In this document: piece after piece, positions 48,801 to 60,800 of the stretch
How the letters are laid out: the number at the start of each line of letters is the position of its first letter
How positions within the stretch are numbered: the first letter of the stretch is position 1
DNA from: Strigamia acuminata
Taxonomy: Eukaryota
Assembly: GCA_949358305.1 (NCBI GenBank)
Contig: OX442314.1
Coordinates: forward strand, 2,108,001 to 2,172,000
Length of the DNA stretch: 64,000 bases
Direction of reading: 5' to 3'
Translations under genes and position numbers: made by a program
Notes under the pieces: generated by a model
What the model was told of the DNA's origin: nothing
The model's input: the letters and a program-made list of their open reading frames with translations, nothing else
Databases searched by the model: none

Positions 48801-51800
48801 GGATTTTCCTGATCTGTATTTGAAGCAGTTTTCTGCCCTATTTTCCAAGTTTCAATTGGATATAACGGCGTATAAGGATATAAAGCCTTAATGTTCACTG
48901 ATTTTTCTATTGAACCATCAGCAAGTTTGCGTAATTTATACGCGCTACCTGGAAGGATTTCGACAATCTCCCAAGGACCGTCCCGCTTCTCAGCAAGACC
49001 TGCGGAGATCTTTTTGTCTGCGCACGAGAGAATGTGAGTTTGTTTCCAAACTAAATCTCCAACTTCGAATTCAATAATTGTGAACTTTTGTTCGTGAATC
49101 TTACGATGTCTTTCGTAATTCAATTGAATTCTTCTGTGCATCTCTTGATGCGCTCTACGTAATATGTCAAGTAATTCTCGAACATACTTCTCAGGGTTAT
49201 GCTTGTCAAATGGGTTGGCATGCCTGAGAATTCTCGGATCGAAAGGTAAGGTAACAATTCTCCCCGTATTAAGCAACATCGGTGTCGAATTTGTTGCATC
49301 CGATTTATTATTACGAATTACAAACGCAAATTCGTCTAAATATCGCGGCCATTGGGTGTGCACATCCGTGTAAATTGCCAATAAAATCTTAATGTCCCTG
49401 TTGGCTCTCTCTGTCGGGTTAGCCTGAGCATGATAAGTGCTCGTATGAGCCGGTCGGATATGATAAGTTTCGCAATATTCATTATAAATATCTGAAACGA
49501 ATTGTTTCCCATTATCACTAACAATCTTTTTTGGGTGACCCCAACGATTTGCAACAGATCTTAATTCTTGAACGCAATTAGCGCTCGTGGCTTTGGTTAA
49601 AGCTTTAATCTCTACAAATTTAGTACAGTTGTCAATTATGACGAAGACGTACTGGTTTTGGGATCTCCCAGCTGGTTTTGGCCCCATTAAGTCCATATTA
49701 ATATGTTCCCAAGGGTTGGTCATGTTATGAGGTACGTAAGGACCTGCACGCTTTTTCTGCTGATCCGGTTTGTATTGACTACAATGGGGGCAGCTTTTAA
49801 CGTAATTTCTTACGCTTCGGCTCATTCCTGGCCAGTAGTAAATCAATCGAGTTTTCTCGAGAGTTTTACTCATGCCTGCGTGGCCGCTCAAGGGGTGGCC
49901 ATGACAGGCGAAAAGCACTCGCTTTATGAGTGAACTGGGAACAACCGCTTTGAAGCCATTACCAGAGTCGTTGAGCTCTTCTTCAAATGAAGGATTAAAG
50001 AAAATGATCATTTGATCGCCATCATCTTCCTTTTTGTCCAAACAATAGTTTCTAACTTTGTTTTTCCATTCTTTTATTTCCGATTTCGGAATTCCGACAA
50101 TTCTGTCGAATAAAAGATACTCTCGAATGCGTTTACATTCAGTGTCGACTAACTGCGCATCAATTATTTCCCTTCTTGTAGGTGGGACTTCTTTTATCAC
50201 ATCAGTGAGAGCACTATACAAAGTTTCTTGTATCTCCTCCCCCTCCCTTTCTTCAGAATATTCTTTAGAATTTTCTGAAAAATGGACACGAACATTTGCT
50301 AAATATTCTGACCTTCCTGGAGCACGATTCAAAGAAATCGAAGGATTGCCGTCCCATTCTGGCCAATACTGATTTATTTCGATGGGTTCCACATGATCAC
50401 GAAGAGGAATGTCTTCCTCTCCTAATGGAGCTCTTGAAAGTGCGTCTGCAACTTGGTTATAAGCACCCCTTCGAAATACAATCTTGAAAGCACCACATTG
50501 GATTCTTAAGGCCCATCGACCAAATTTTCCAGATGGCTCAGGCGTTCGCATAAGCCATTTTAATGCTTCAGCATCTGACTCGAGTGTAAAAGTACCATAT
50601 TCTAAATATGGTTTAAAACGATCAATAGCCCACACGACTGCGAGGCATTCGAGTTCTGGCGTTGTGTAACGCTTCTCCGCTCCTCTCAGTACTCTGCTTG
50701 CGTAAGCTACAGGTCTGGGTGCCGTGCCCGTTTTCTTTTTGTCTTTATCTAAAAGATCAACATCTTGGCAGATGACAGCTCCTAAGCCTTCGTGGGATGC
50801 GTCAGTCATGACTACGAAAGGTTTGGACATGTCTGGTTTGTGCAGACAATTGTCGTTACAAAGCAGCGCTTTAATTTTATTAAAAGCTTCAGTTTGAGCA
50901 TCTCCCCATTCAAATGGAGTTTTCTCATTCATCATACATGTGTATGGCGCAGCAATGGCTCCGTGATTAGGAACGAACTTCCTGAAGAAGTTTGTCATTC
51001 CATGAAACCGTTGAATGTCTTTAGCACATGTTGGAGTCGGAAATTTCATAATTGCAGAAATTTTATCGGGATCTCCATATAAACCGTCAGGTTTAATCCA
51101 ATGTCCTAAGAACTTAAGTTCTGTTCTTCCAAAACGAGACTTCGCTTTATTGATTGTCATATTAGCTTTATTAAGCTTTTCCAACACGTCTCGGACATGA
51201 ATGAGATGTTCATCCCAAGTATTCGAATAGACAATTACGTCGTCTAAATAAACTAACGCGTAGTTTTGCAATGCTGAGCCTAAAACGCCTTCCATCAATC
51301 GTTGGAAAGTGCAAGGAGCATTACAAAGTCCAAATGGCATTCGCACAAATTGGTAAGGACCATTCGGTGTGTAAAAGGCCGTCTTTGGACGATCTTCTTT
51401 ACACATCTCGACTTGGTAATATCCTTTGACCAGGTCAATGGATGTGAAATACCTTCCTGGTCCAGTATTATGCAAAAGCAGATCTATACTAGGCATCTGA
51501 ATCACATCTAATTCGGTGATTGCATTCAACCACCTATAGTCGATACACATTCTGTACGTACCATCAGGTTTCGCAACAATTACAGGATGGCTAATGAATG
51601 GCCCAGTGGCCTTTTCAATTAGTCCATCTTGTTCTAGTTCAGCAACTAATTTGGACATAATGGCTCTCTTGGCCGGATTGTACATGCGGTACTGCATTCT
51701 GGGCAATGAATGCCCTTCTTTGAATTTAATACGATGTTGAGTAACATTCGTACATCCAACTTGGTCACGAAATACATTAGATACTGCATTGACCACTTCT

Positions 51801-54800
51801 CGAAGCGCTAGGCGCTGTTCAGGAGTGCAATCACTACCTTCAACTAACTTCTCATCCCATTCTAAAACGGGTGCATCAGATAATTCAGTTGAATCAGCAA
51901 CTGACGCCAGTTCTTCTAAATATTCGAAAGTAATTCGATTTAGAGGTGCCATTGCAAAGTTATCCTCTTCTGACACATAAGGGGCGGACCAAGTAGGTTT
52001 ATCAGCACAAGAGAACTCTTGGAGATGTGGATGTGTACTAATCTTTTGTCGACGCATAAAATTATGTCCGAGTATTAATCCACAGACTCGTTTGGCTAAA
52101 ACGATGAAATTCATCGGCGTGCATTCATCAGCCCACTGTACGCACAAAGTTATTTGTCCGACTGGTTTGTGCGCTACACCTACAGCATTAACCAACATGT
52201 TTCTGGGTGCTTCTTGTAAAAAATCAGGCAGAGCTTGAGTTTCTGACAAAAGCTGTTCCCCAATATAACATTGAGAAGCTCCTGTGTCCATGAGCGCATT
52301 GTAGGTGAGCCCACCAATTGTGACTTTCATTCGAGGATCGTCTTTATTATTACCCAAAGTAATATTGTGCAAATTATTGCTCCCGATGACTCTGTTGAGT
52401 CGTCTAGGTCTACAAAATTTCTTCGTGTAACATTTATGTGGAAACAATGTCAAGCTCTTGAATTGCTCCGTCATCTTTTGTAGATTTTCATCTACTCCAC
52501 CGCTATGACTAGTGGCTTCTTCTAGAAACGTAGTTTCCACGTCCATGAACAACGAGTCCGACATAGCATCAGCTATTTCTGGGGGCTGAATGAATCCTTC
52601 ATCCCCCGGATCTAGTTTTTTGCACTAGAATCAGTCGAATCGTTAGATTCAGGTTTAGCCAATTGTTTGACTATCTCAGCTAATTGATTAGTGAGCGTCG
52701 ACTGCAGTTTATTCTCAAAATTATTAAATTTGGAATCAAGTTTCACATCTAGTGTCGCATCCAACACTTCTTGGGTTACCCAATTAGGTTTACGCTTAGC
52801 AGAGGGATCCAAAGTTGGATTATCTGGGGTATTTCGCTTCTGAATGTCTTCAGACTTAAAATTCGAACGGGGTTTTAAATCTGGACACTCTCGTCGGAAA
52901 TGTCCGGGTTTCTTACAATTAAAGCAAACCATTTGTCCCCTCCTGTTGGGGTCTACTACACCATTTACTGCGTAAATTAGTTCACATTCTTCGGGTAACT
53001 CATCTGTACAGAAATTAATCTGTTCATCTGATTCCAAAGTCAGGGACTTGGCGTTATTTTTAGGTTGCGAACGAGTGTCCGGTTTCCTAGGTGGGAAAAC
53101 GACTGGATCGTTTACTCTCACCCCATTGGCTGTACGGCTGTACAGTCCTTTCTTCTTTGTAATAGCATTATAAATGTCTATGAAGGGAAGTTCATCTAAA
53201 CCTTGCGTGTGCAAGAGAAGATCGTTGGCGGGAGTAATGCTTCCCAAGAATATACTCGCAGCTCCCTGAGAGTTAAGGTTATCTTGTAATAACCAAAGTT
53301 GGTAAAACTTATGTGTATAATCATACAAGTTTTCTGATTCGAGCTGTCTCAACTTTGTTAATTGGGTTGTTCGTTCCAAGCATGTGGCAACAAACCTTCC
53401 TCTAAACGCTTTTTCAAACGTGTCCCAATTATGAAAGTCGTTTCGTCTCTCTTGAAACCAACTATATGCGAGGTCGGTTAAGTAACCAGCCACGCCTTTT
53501 ACTAACATTTCATCGAGTGAAATATTTCGTAGAAACGCAACGTTTCGAATTATACTGAGGAAGCGCTCGCTTTCTTCAGTTTTACCCGAAAATACAGGTA
53601 TATCGGGAGGTTTCAAACTTATAGTTTGGGGTGTTGCAGGGGTGGAATTCTTTCCTACTTGGGCTAGTTTATGCATATTTAATGCAATAGTGGCTAAGTC
53701 GTCTGCTGACATCCCAAAACTACTTGTTGGTCGCGAATTATCATTCGTCGAACCATTATTAAAATGACTCGAGTTATTTTGACTAGAGCCGTTAAAATTA
53801 TTGGGGTTGAAATTATTTGACCCTCCTTGATTTTGTCTACCTTGATGGCCAAGATTCGAATGGTTATTCGGTCCACCTTGGTTGTCAAAATTTGAATGAT
53901 TATTCGATCCACGGGGATTTTGTCTTCTTTGGTTACCAAAGTTGGAATGATTATTTGCTCCACCTTGATTTCCAAAGTTCGAATGATTATTCGAATTTCC
54001 CTGATAACCTTGATTCGAAAAATTATTCGACTGGTTCTGATTGCCAGGTTGTGAATAATTATTCCACTGGTCTTGATTACCGAAACTTGAACAGTTATTC
54101 GGGTTATTTAAGTTATTTAAGTTCGGCTGAACTGGATAACTTCCTTGCGATATAGGCAATTGGTTTGGAATATTATTATTTCCAGAAAAAGGATTCAAAC
54201 GATTGTTTGGATCGACTATTCCTCTTAGCTGCGCGCTTAGATCATTATTTAATCCATGCGTGGGTTCAGCAGCAAGATTCGGACAACTGTTGGCTCCATT
54301 CGGAAAACCAGGATTCGGGTTTTTATTATTATTAAGACCCATAAATCTTCTTTTATGAGAAGCAACAAATTGATTATTCATTCGCCGATAAAACGCTTGT
54401 TCAAAACTGCCGGGTGTAGGATCCTGTTGATCCCAACGAGATTTCCGGTTGGTCGTCGGAGGTCCTGTCGTCTTCTGACGATACCGAGTGATCGGTGTTG
54501 TCGTATTCAAACCAGGATCTGTCGGTCCTTGATTACGTGGAGTCTGTGATCTAGAACTAGAATGCTCCGACGGATCTCGATGTGTGTTAACAAAATCTAA
54601 AACTTCGGCCATTGTTCCAAATTGAATTGGATTCAAACAATAATCTCGACAAATAAAAAGTCCAGCTGGACCTAAATGTGATCCATCTTGTGGACGATTC
54701 ATTTCCTCCACGGAAGAAGAACCATATAAGCTCTGGTTCTCACGAGCTCCCCCCTTGGCTTGAATGAATATTGTTGTATTGCATTGTTGTTATCGTATGA

Positions 54801-57800
54801 TCTCACTTTCTCTCACGACACATCGGGCCTCCTCAGCTCTCAATGGATATGTATTATTACTATCGTGTTATTGCTTGTTGTAGGGCCCATCTGGGAAGGC
54901 TAACCTTGTAGACATGTTTCACACATGAAATGGCCCCGTAGTGTTAGCCGGCTGTTCTAAGGGACAGTAGGATTTCATACGGTGGCGTAGTATATCGCTC
55001 ATGCACGGGATTGATTAACCTGTTAAACAAATATCAAATTATATGATCGGTGATAGTCGCATCTATCTGCGCGATTCTCCGATCATAGGTCAGATGCTCT
55101 GCCAGAGCACATATACGGGAAGTCAAACCCGTCAAACAAATACGGGCAAACTGTTTTCAAACTTATAACCAAGTTGCAGACGCACTTTCAAGAGCTCCAT
55201 TAGGAGAGGAAGACATTCCTCTTCGTGATCATGTGGAACCCATCGAAATAAATCAGTATTGGCCAGAATGGGACGGCAATCCTTCGATTTCTTTGAATCG
55301 TGCTCCAGGAAGGTCAGAATATTTAGCAAATGTTCGTGTCCATTTTTCAGAAAATTCTAAAGAATATTCTGAAGAAAGGGAGGGGGAGGAGATACAAGAA
55401 ACTTTGTATAGTGCTCTCACTGATGTGATAAAAGAAGTCCCACCTACAAGAAGGGAAATAATTGATGCGCAGTTAGTCGACACTGAATGTAAACGCATTC
55501 GAGAGTATCTTTTATTCGACAGAATTGTCGGAATTCCGAAATCGGAAATAAAAGAATGGAAAAACAAAGTTAGAAACTATTGTTTGGACAAAAAGGAAGA
55601 TGATGGCGATCAAATGATCATTTTCTTTAATCCTTCATTTGAAGAAGAGCTCAACGACTCTGGTAATGGTTTCAAAGCGGTTGTTCCCAGTTCACTCATA
55701 AAGCGAGTGCTTTTCGCCTGTCATGGCCACCCCTTGAGCGGCCACGCAGGCATGAGTAAAACTCTCGAGAAAACTCGATTGATTTACTACTGGCCAGGAA
55801 TGAGCCGAAGCGTAAGAAATTACGTTAAAAGCTGCCCCCATTGTAGTCAATACAAACCGGATCAGCAGAAAAAGCGTGCAGGTCCTTACGTACCTCATAA
55901 CATGACCAACCCTTGGGAACATATTAATATGGACTTAATGGGGCCAAAACCAGCTGGGAGATCCCAAAACCAGTACGTCTTCGTCATAATTGACAACTGT
56001 ACTAAATTTGTAGAGATTAAAGCTTTAACCAAAGCCACGAGCGCTAATTGCGTTCAAGAATTAAGATCTGTTGCAAATCGTTGGGGTCACCCAAAAAAGA
56101 TTGTTAGTGATAATGGGAAACAATTCGTTTCAGATATTTATAATGAATATTGCGAAACTTATCATATCCGACCGGCTCATACGAGCACTTATCATGCTCA
56201 GGCTAACCCGACAGAGAGAGCCAACAGGGACATTAAGATTTTATTGGCAATTTACACGGATGTGCACACCCAATGGCCGCGATATTTAGACGAATTTGCG
56301 TTTGTAATTCGTAATAATAAATCGGATGCAACAAATTCGACACCGATGTTGCTTAATACGGGGAGAATTGTTACCTTACCTTTCGATCCGAGAATTCTCA
56401 GGCATGCCAACCCATTTGACAAGCATAACCCTGAGAAGTATGTTCGAGAATTACTTGACATATTACGTAGAGCGCATCAAGAGATGCACAGAAGAATTCA
56501 ATTGAATTACGAAAGACATCGTAAGATTCACGAACAAAAGTTCACAATTATTGAATTCGAAGTTGGAGATTTAGTTTGGAAACAAACTCACATTCTCTCG
56601 TGCGCAGACAAAAAGATCTCCGCAGGTCTTGCTGAGAAGCGGGACGGTCCTTGGGAGATTGTCGAAATCCTTCCAGGTAGCGCGTATAAATTACGCAAAC
56701 TTGCTGATGGTTCAATAGAAAAATCAGTGAACATTAAGGCTTTATATCCTTATACGCCGTTATATCCAATTGAAACTTGGAAAATAGGGCAGAAAACTGC
56801 TTCAAATACAGATCAGGAAAATCCTAAATGGATGGACGAAAGTAATGAACTTCCGTCACCACCTGTTCAAAAGGAAATAATTCCTGAAACTCCTACGGAA
56901 GTTCCGATGGAATTATCCGAATCGCCCCAAATACAGACTAAAAAATCTGTACAAGAAAAGTCTAAACATAGACATCGACAGCGATTAATTGCTGTGGATA
57001 AGAAAGCAGCAGTGGAACGAGGAGAACCTCTAAAGAAACCTCCTCGCAAACCACGTAAACCCCAGAAACTAGTTGAACGAACTAGCACGCATCCTCGAAG
57101 AGAACGAGTTCCAAATCCGAAATATTCAGATGAAAATTTCGTGCGAAATATTACGGCAGTATTTAAGAAGCCTTACCAACAATGAGATAAAAATCTCAAA
57201 GTTTACCTAGGATTTAATAAAGTTTTATTTAAAACTTGATGTGTGCTTATTTACATGTCTAAATTCGTGTAGAGATTTATAATCTCAACACCGGGGGACA
57301 TAATAAATACACATTTTCGTCAGATTTATATTAAAATATAAATTTGTATCGGAATTGATTAGTTTCGATAGATTATCTCTTTGATTGACTTTATTTGAGA
57401 TATGCAGGTATTTTTTATTATTAAAAAATACGAAGATTTACTTGAAACAAGTGATCTCGTCTTCTCACGAAGACACGTGATTATCGAAGTGCGATTAAAC
57501 CTCGAACCCGATTAAAAGGGGATAAAAATCCCAGGGTTCATTGCACACACACACTTCAACACGTGGACACCGGTCTACTCGTCTCTACCTTTTCTTCGCA
57601 CGTCGAGAAAGATTTAAACGAACGGACTTATCCATTAAGTGAGAGTTACAGAAATTTAGGAGTTCCTAAAGCGATAGTTACGTAAGTAAATTTTGAATTC
57701 TTTGTCAAAAGTTGTGAAAATATTCGTAACACTTGTATACGGCGTCCCGATAAAGTTTGATTAAAACTTGGAAAGATTCACGTGTAGTTATAAACGTGAC

Positions 57801-60800
57801 TTAGCTAATTTAGCGGGGAAATTAATTATTCTATCGAATGAATTAGATGGCTTGAATTTAAACAAGTATTTGTTAACTTAAGCGTAGTAGCACTAATTAA
57901 ATTAAGTCGCGGTCGAGGCTTGGGTAATTTTTATTCGTAATAAATTCTCAACCGAAGTTTATTCGGTATTTTATTTTTTTTTCACTCACACGTGGAATGG
58001 AATAATTAATTATTCAGAACTAGAATTTCTATTGAAAAGATAGCTAAAAAGAATTTTCGAGAGAAAACTCAACAAGTTGCGATTTTGAAAAAATCCTTCG
58101 GGCGAATCTATTCTCTTGTCGGAAACACAAGGGGACATGAGTCATTAAGTGCCATGTGATACAAGTTATAAATAACTCGGTTTACACGAAGTTGTTACGA
58201 ACGTAGTTTACAATTTTTTTGAATACAAAGAATTTTGGGAGTTTGAAGTGAAAATTATTTTAATAAATGATTTATTTGTTTAGAATGGGTTCGAATAAAC
58301 ATCATTCTAAACGCAGTCATCGTCGGCATCGACGAAGTTCCAGCTCCAGCTCGTCCACCTCAACGGAGGGAGAACAGCGTCGTTCCGCCGAACGGAATTT
58401 GATGAGGTTGCAACAAATTGCACCTGTGCCGACGTTCAACCTGACGCCGCTTCAATTGGCCGCGCTGAATTGGATTGGCTCGCACCCGGAATGTCTTCCG
58501 CCCGACATGCAAGCAAATGCTCCATTGCCAACGGAAGTCTTTCCTGGAATAGGTGCGCAGCTGACAGTTCCAGTGGCCCAGTTGGCCCCGCTCGCGCAAG
58601 TGGTACACCCACCGACTAACGTCATCAGTGTCCCGTTGGCTCCACACACGCCAGTGTTCCAGCCACCCGTAGCAAGTGTTCCGCCAATCGTCGCGAATAC
58701 TTCCGTTGTTAGTGCCCCAGTTACCACTGTAGCTGCGAATCCAGGATGGATTCCCGCCGGAGCAGAGTCGTCTGCCTCTTCGTCTGGATGGACGGAACCT
58801 CCGCCAGGAGCTTTTCGGCTACCCGCGTCGACGACCCGTCCCAACGCGCAGCGCATGGCTTATAAAGCCAAGAAGAAGGACGAGGCGGCCCAAAAGCGCC
58901 GTGAGCAGTGTGCGCGGGATATTGCGCAGGGAATTCCCCACGACAATATTGTCACCGACCAAGCGACGGAGACCATCTGTCCATTTTGTGTTGGTTGTGG
59001 TTGGTGTTGCGGTGCTTCCGCCGGCTCTTCTCTTATGAGATGCCCCAACTGCCGAGGCACGAAGGTGCGACCGCGCTCAGAGCCCTGGCGCAAGGAGGTG
59101 GAACCCCATGTCGTGAAGGGGATGAAGCCCAACGAGAAGAGATGTTGGGCTCACTGCCCAATTTGTCGCGTGTTTCTCAACGCTCGAGGAGAAGCCGTTT
59201 ACATCGACCCCAGGTTCCTCACGAAGGAAAGAGCCGCTGCCAATGCAGGACTGACGGTCGAAGCCTTTCGACACCCACCTTCGTCGAATGTATCCGAAGT
59301 TTCGGACGAAACGGTGCAAGAGGTTGAGAGCGTCGAGGAAGAAGTGGTAACTCGTCCGAGAACCATGTCTCGTGGGCGAGGATGCCTTACACTGGACAGA
59401 GCTAAAGCAATTGCCCAGGAGCAGCGACAAAACATCGTCGCTCGAGGACGAGCCCGTCGGCTCCAGAAGATTGTGTCGGAGCAAGGTAAAAAACCGGAGG
59501 TTCCTCCAGTGGCCAAGTCGGATGTTTCCGACGAGTCGAAGTACGAGGATGCCGAGGAGAATCCGATTTCTATCGTCGACTTCGTGGCTGATCTTTTTGA
59601 AGATTTGCCGTTCCCTCCGCCGAGTCCGGCGGAAGTGGAAAAACCCGAGGAAGCAGTATTTTCCGCCGCCTCCACTGAGGCAACTGAAGAATCTTCAGAT
59701 TTCCTAACCTCGACTGAAGTCGAGAAACCTGTTGAGAAGTCGACCAACGTCGAGAAGAAAGAATAGAAGTAAAACATTTTTTTTTTCCGAGTGGATATTT
59801 TAAATTTAAAATATGCCAAGTGTTGTTTGTTGTGTTTTCAAGTGTGATTTCGTTTATTTCCGAATTAAGAATAATTTGTTTAAATGTTTGAAGATTTTTG
59901 AGCTAATTATTAATATTCCTAAGAATAAGTTAATTTTGAAAATTGGATTCAAGTTTGAATTCAATTTATGTTGTTGATCTTGATTATTTTCATAATTAGA
60001 TGTGGTTGAATTACATAAAGATTTGTGTGTTTTGTTTTCACTTTGATCAAAGTTTTAAAAGACTTCGAGTTGAAGTCAGTTTTCATTTTTATAACAACCG
60101 TAATAAAGAATGATTCGTAGTTTAGATTTGATAAATAAAATTTGCATAAATTTATTTAATGTCTCATCTGAATTATATAAACTACGGAGAAATTTATTTT
60201 GATCAGAGAAGTTAAGATTTCCTTTGAAATCCGCGCTGTCGAACATGAGAACGAGTTCGGACGAGTTCATTTCGTTGCTTGGCAACCGGGAGATGTGCTG
60301 TGCGGGAAAGCCGATTAGTCTAATCGTCTACGCTGTTCCTGAAAGAAAGTAGTTGATTAATTTTAAATAAATTAAAAAAGAGTACGAGTTGAGTCTAACA
60401 ATTCAATAGAATTTGGTGAACATTTCTTAAGATATTAAGAATGACAATTAAAGAGTTGGAAACTCTATGCTTGTCACCGGGGGATGTGTGACGGTTATAA
60501 AACCGTATTATCCAATGTTCACACTAGATGGCGCTGTTTGTCTAACGCGCGCAGTTTAAACTCGATAAAGTTGCGAGTTATATTAAAGAATTAATATAAC
60601 GTTGCGAATAAAATATACAGTATTTTATTGGACTAAGCTAAGTATTATTTACTTGAGATATTGATTCTATCGAATCAATATCCGGTTTTACTTACCTGTT
60701 GAAGATGACCAATCGGACTCTTCGGGACCCAGTTCAATATTAGGTCCGGACTAGTGATCCACGAATCCATCGATTCAGACACCTGATTGGCTGTCGCCAA

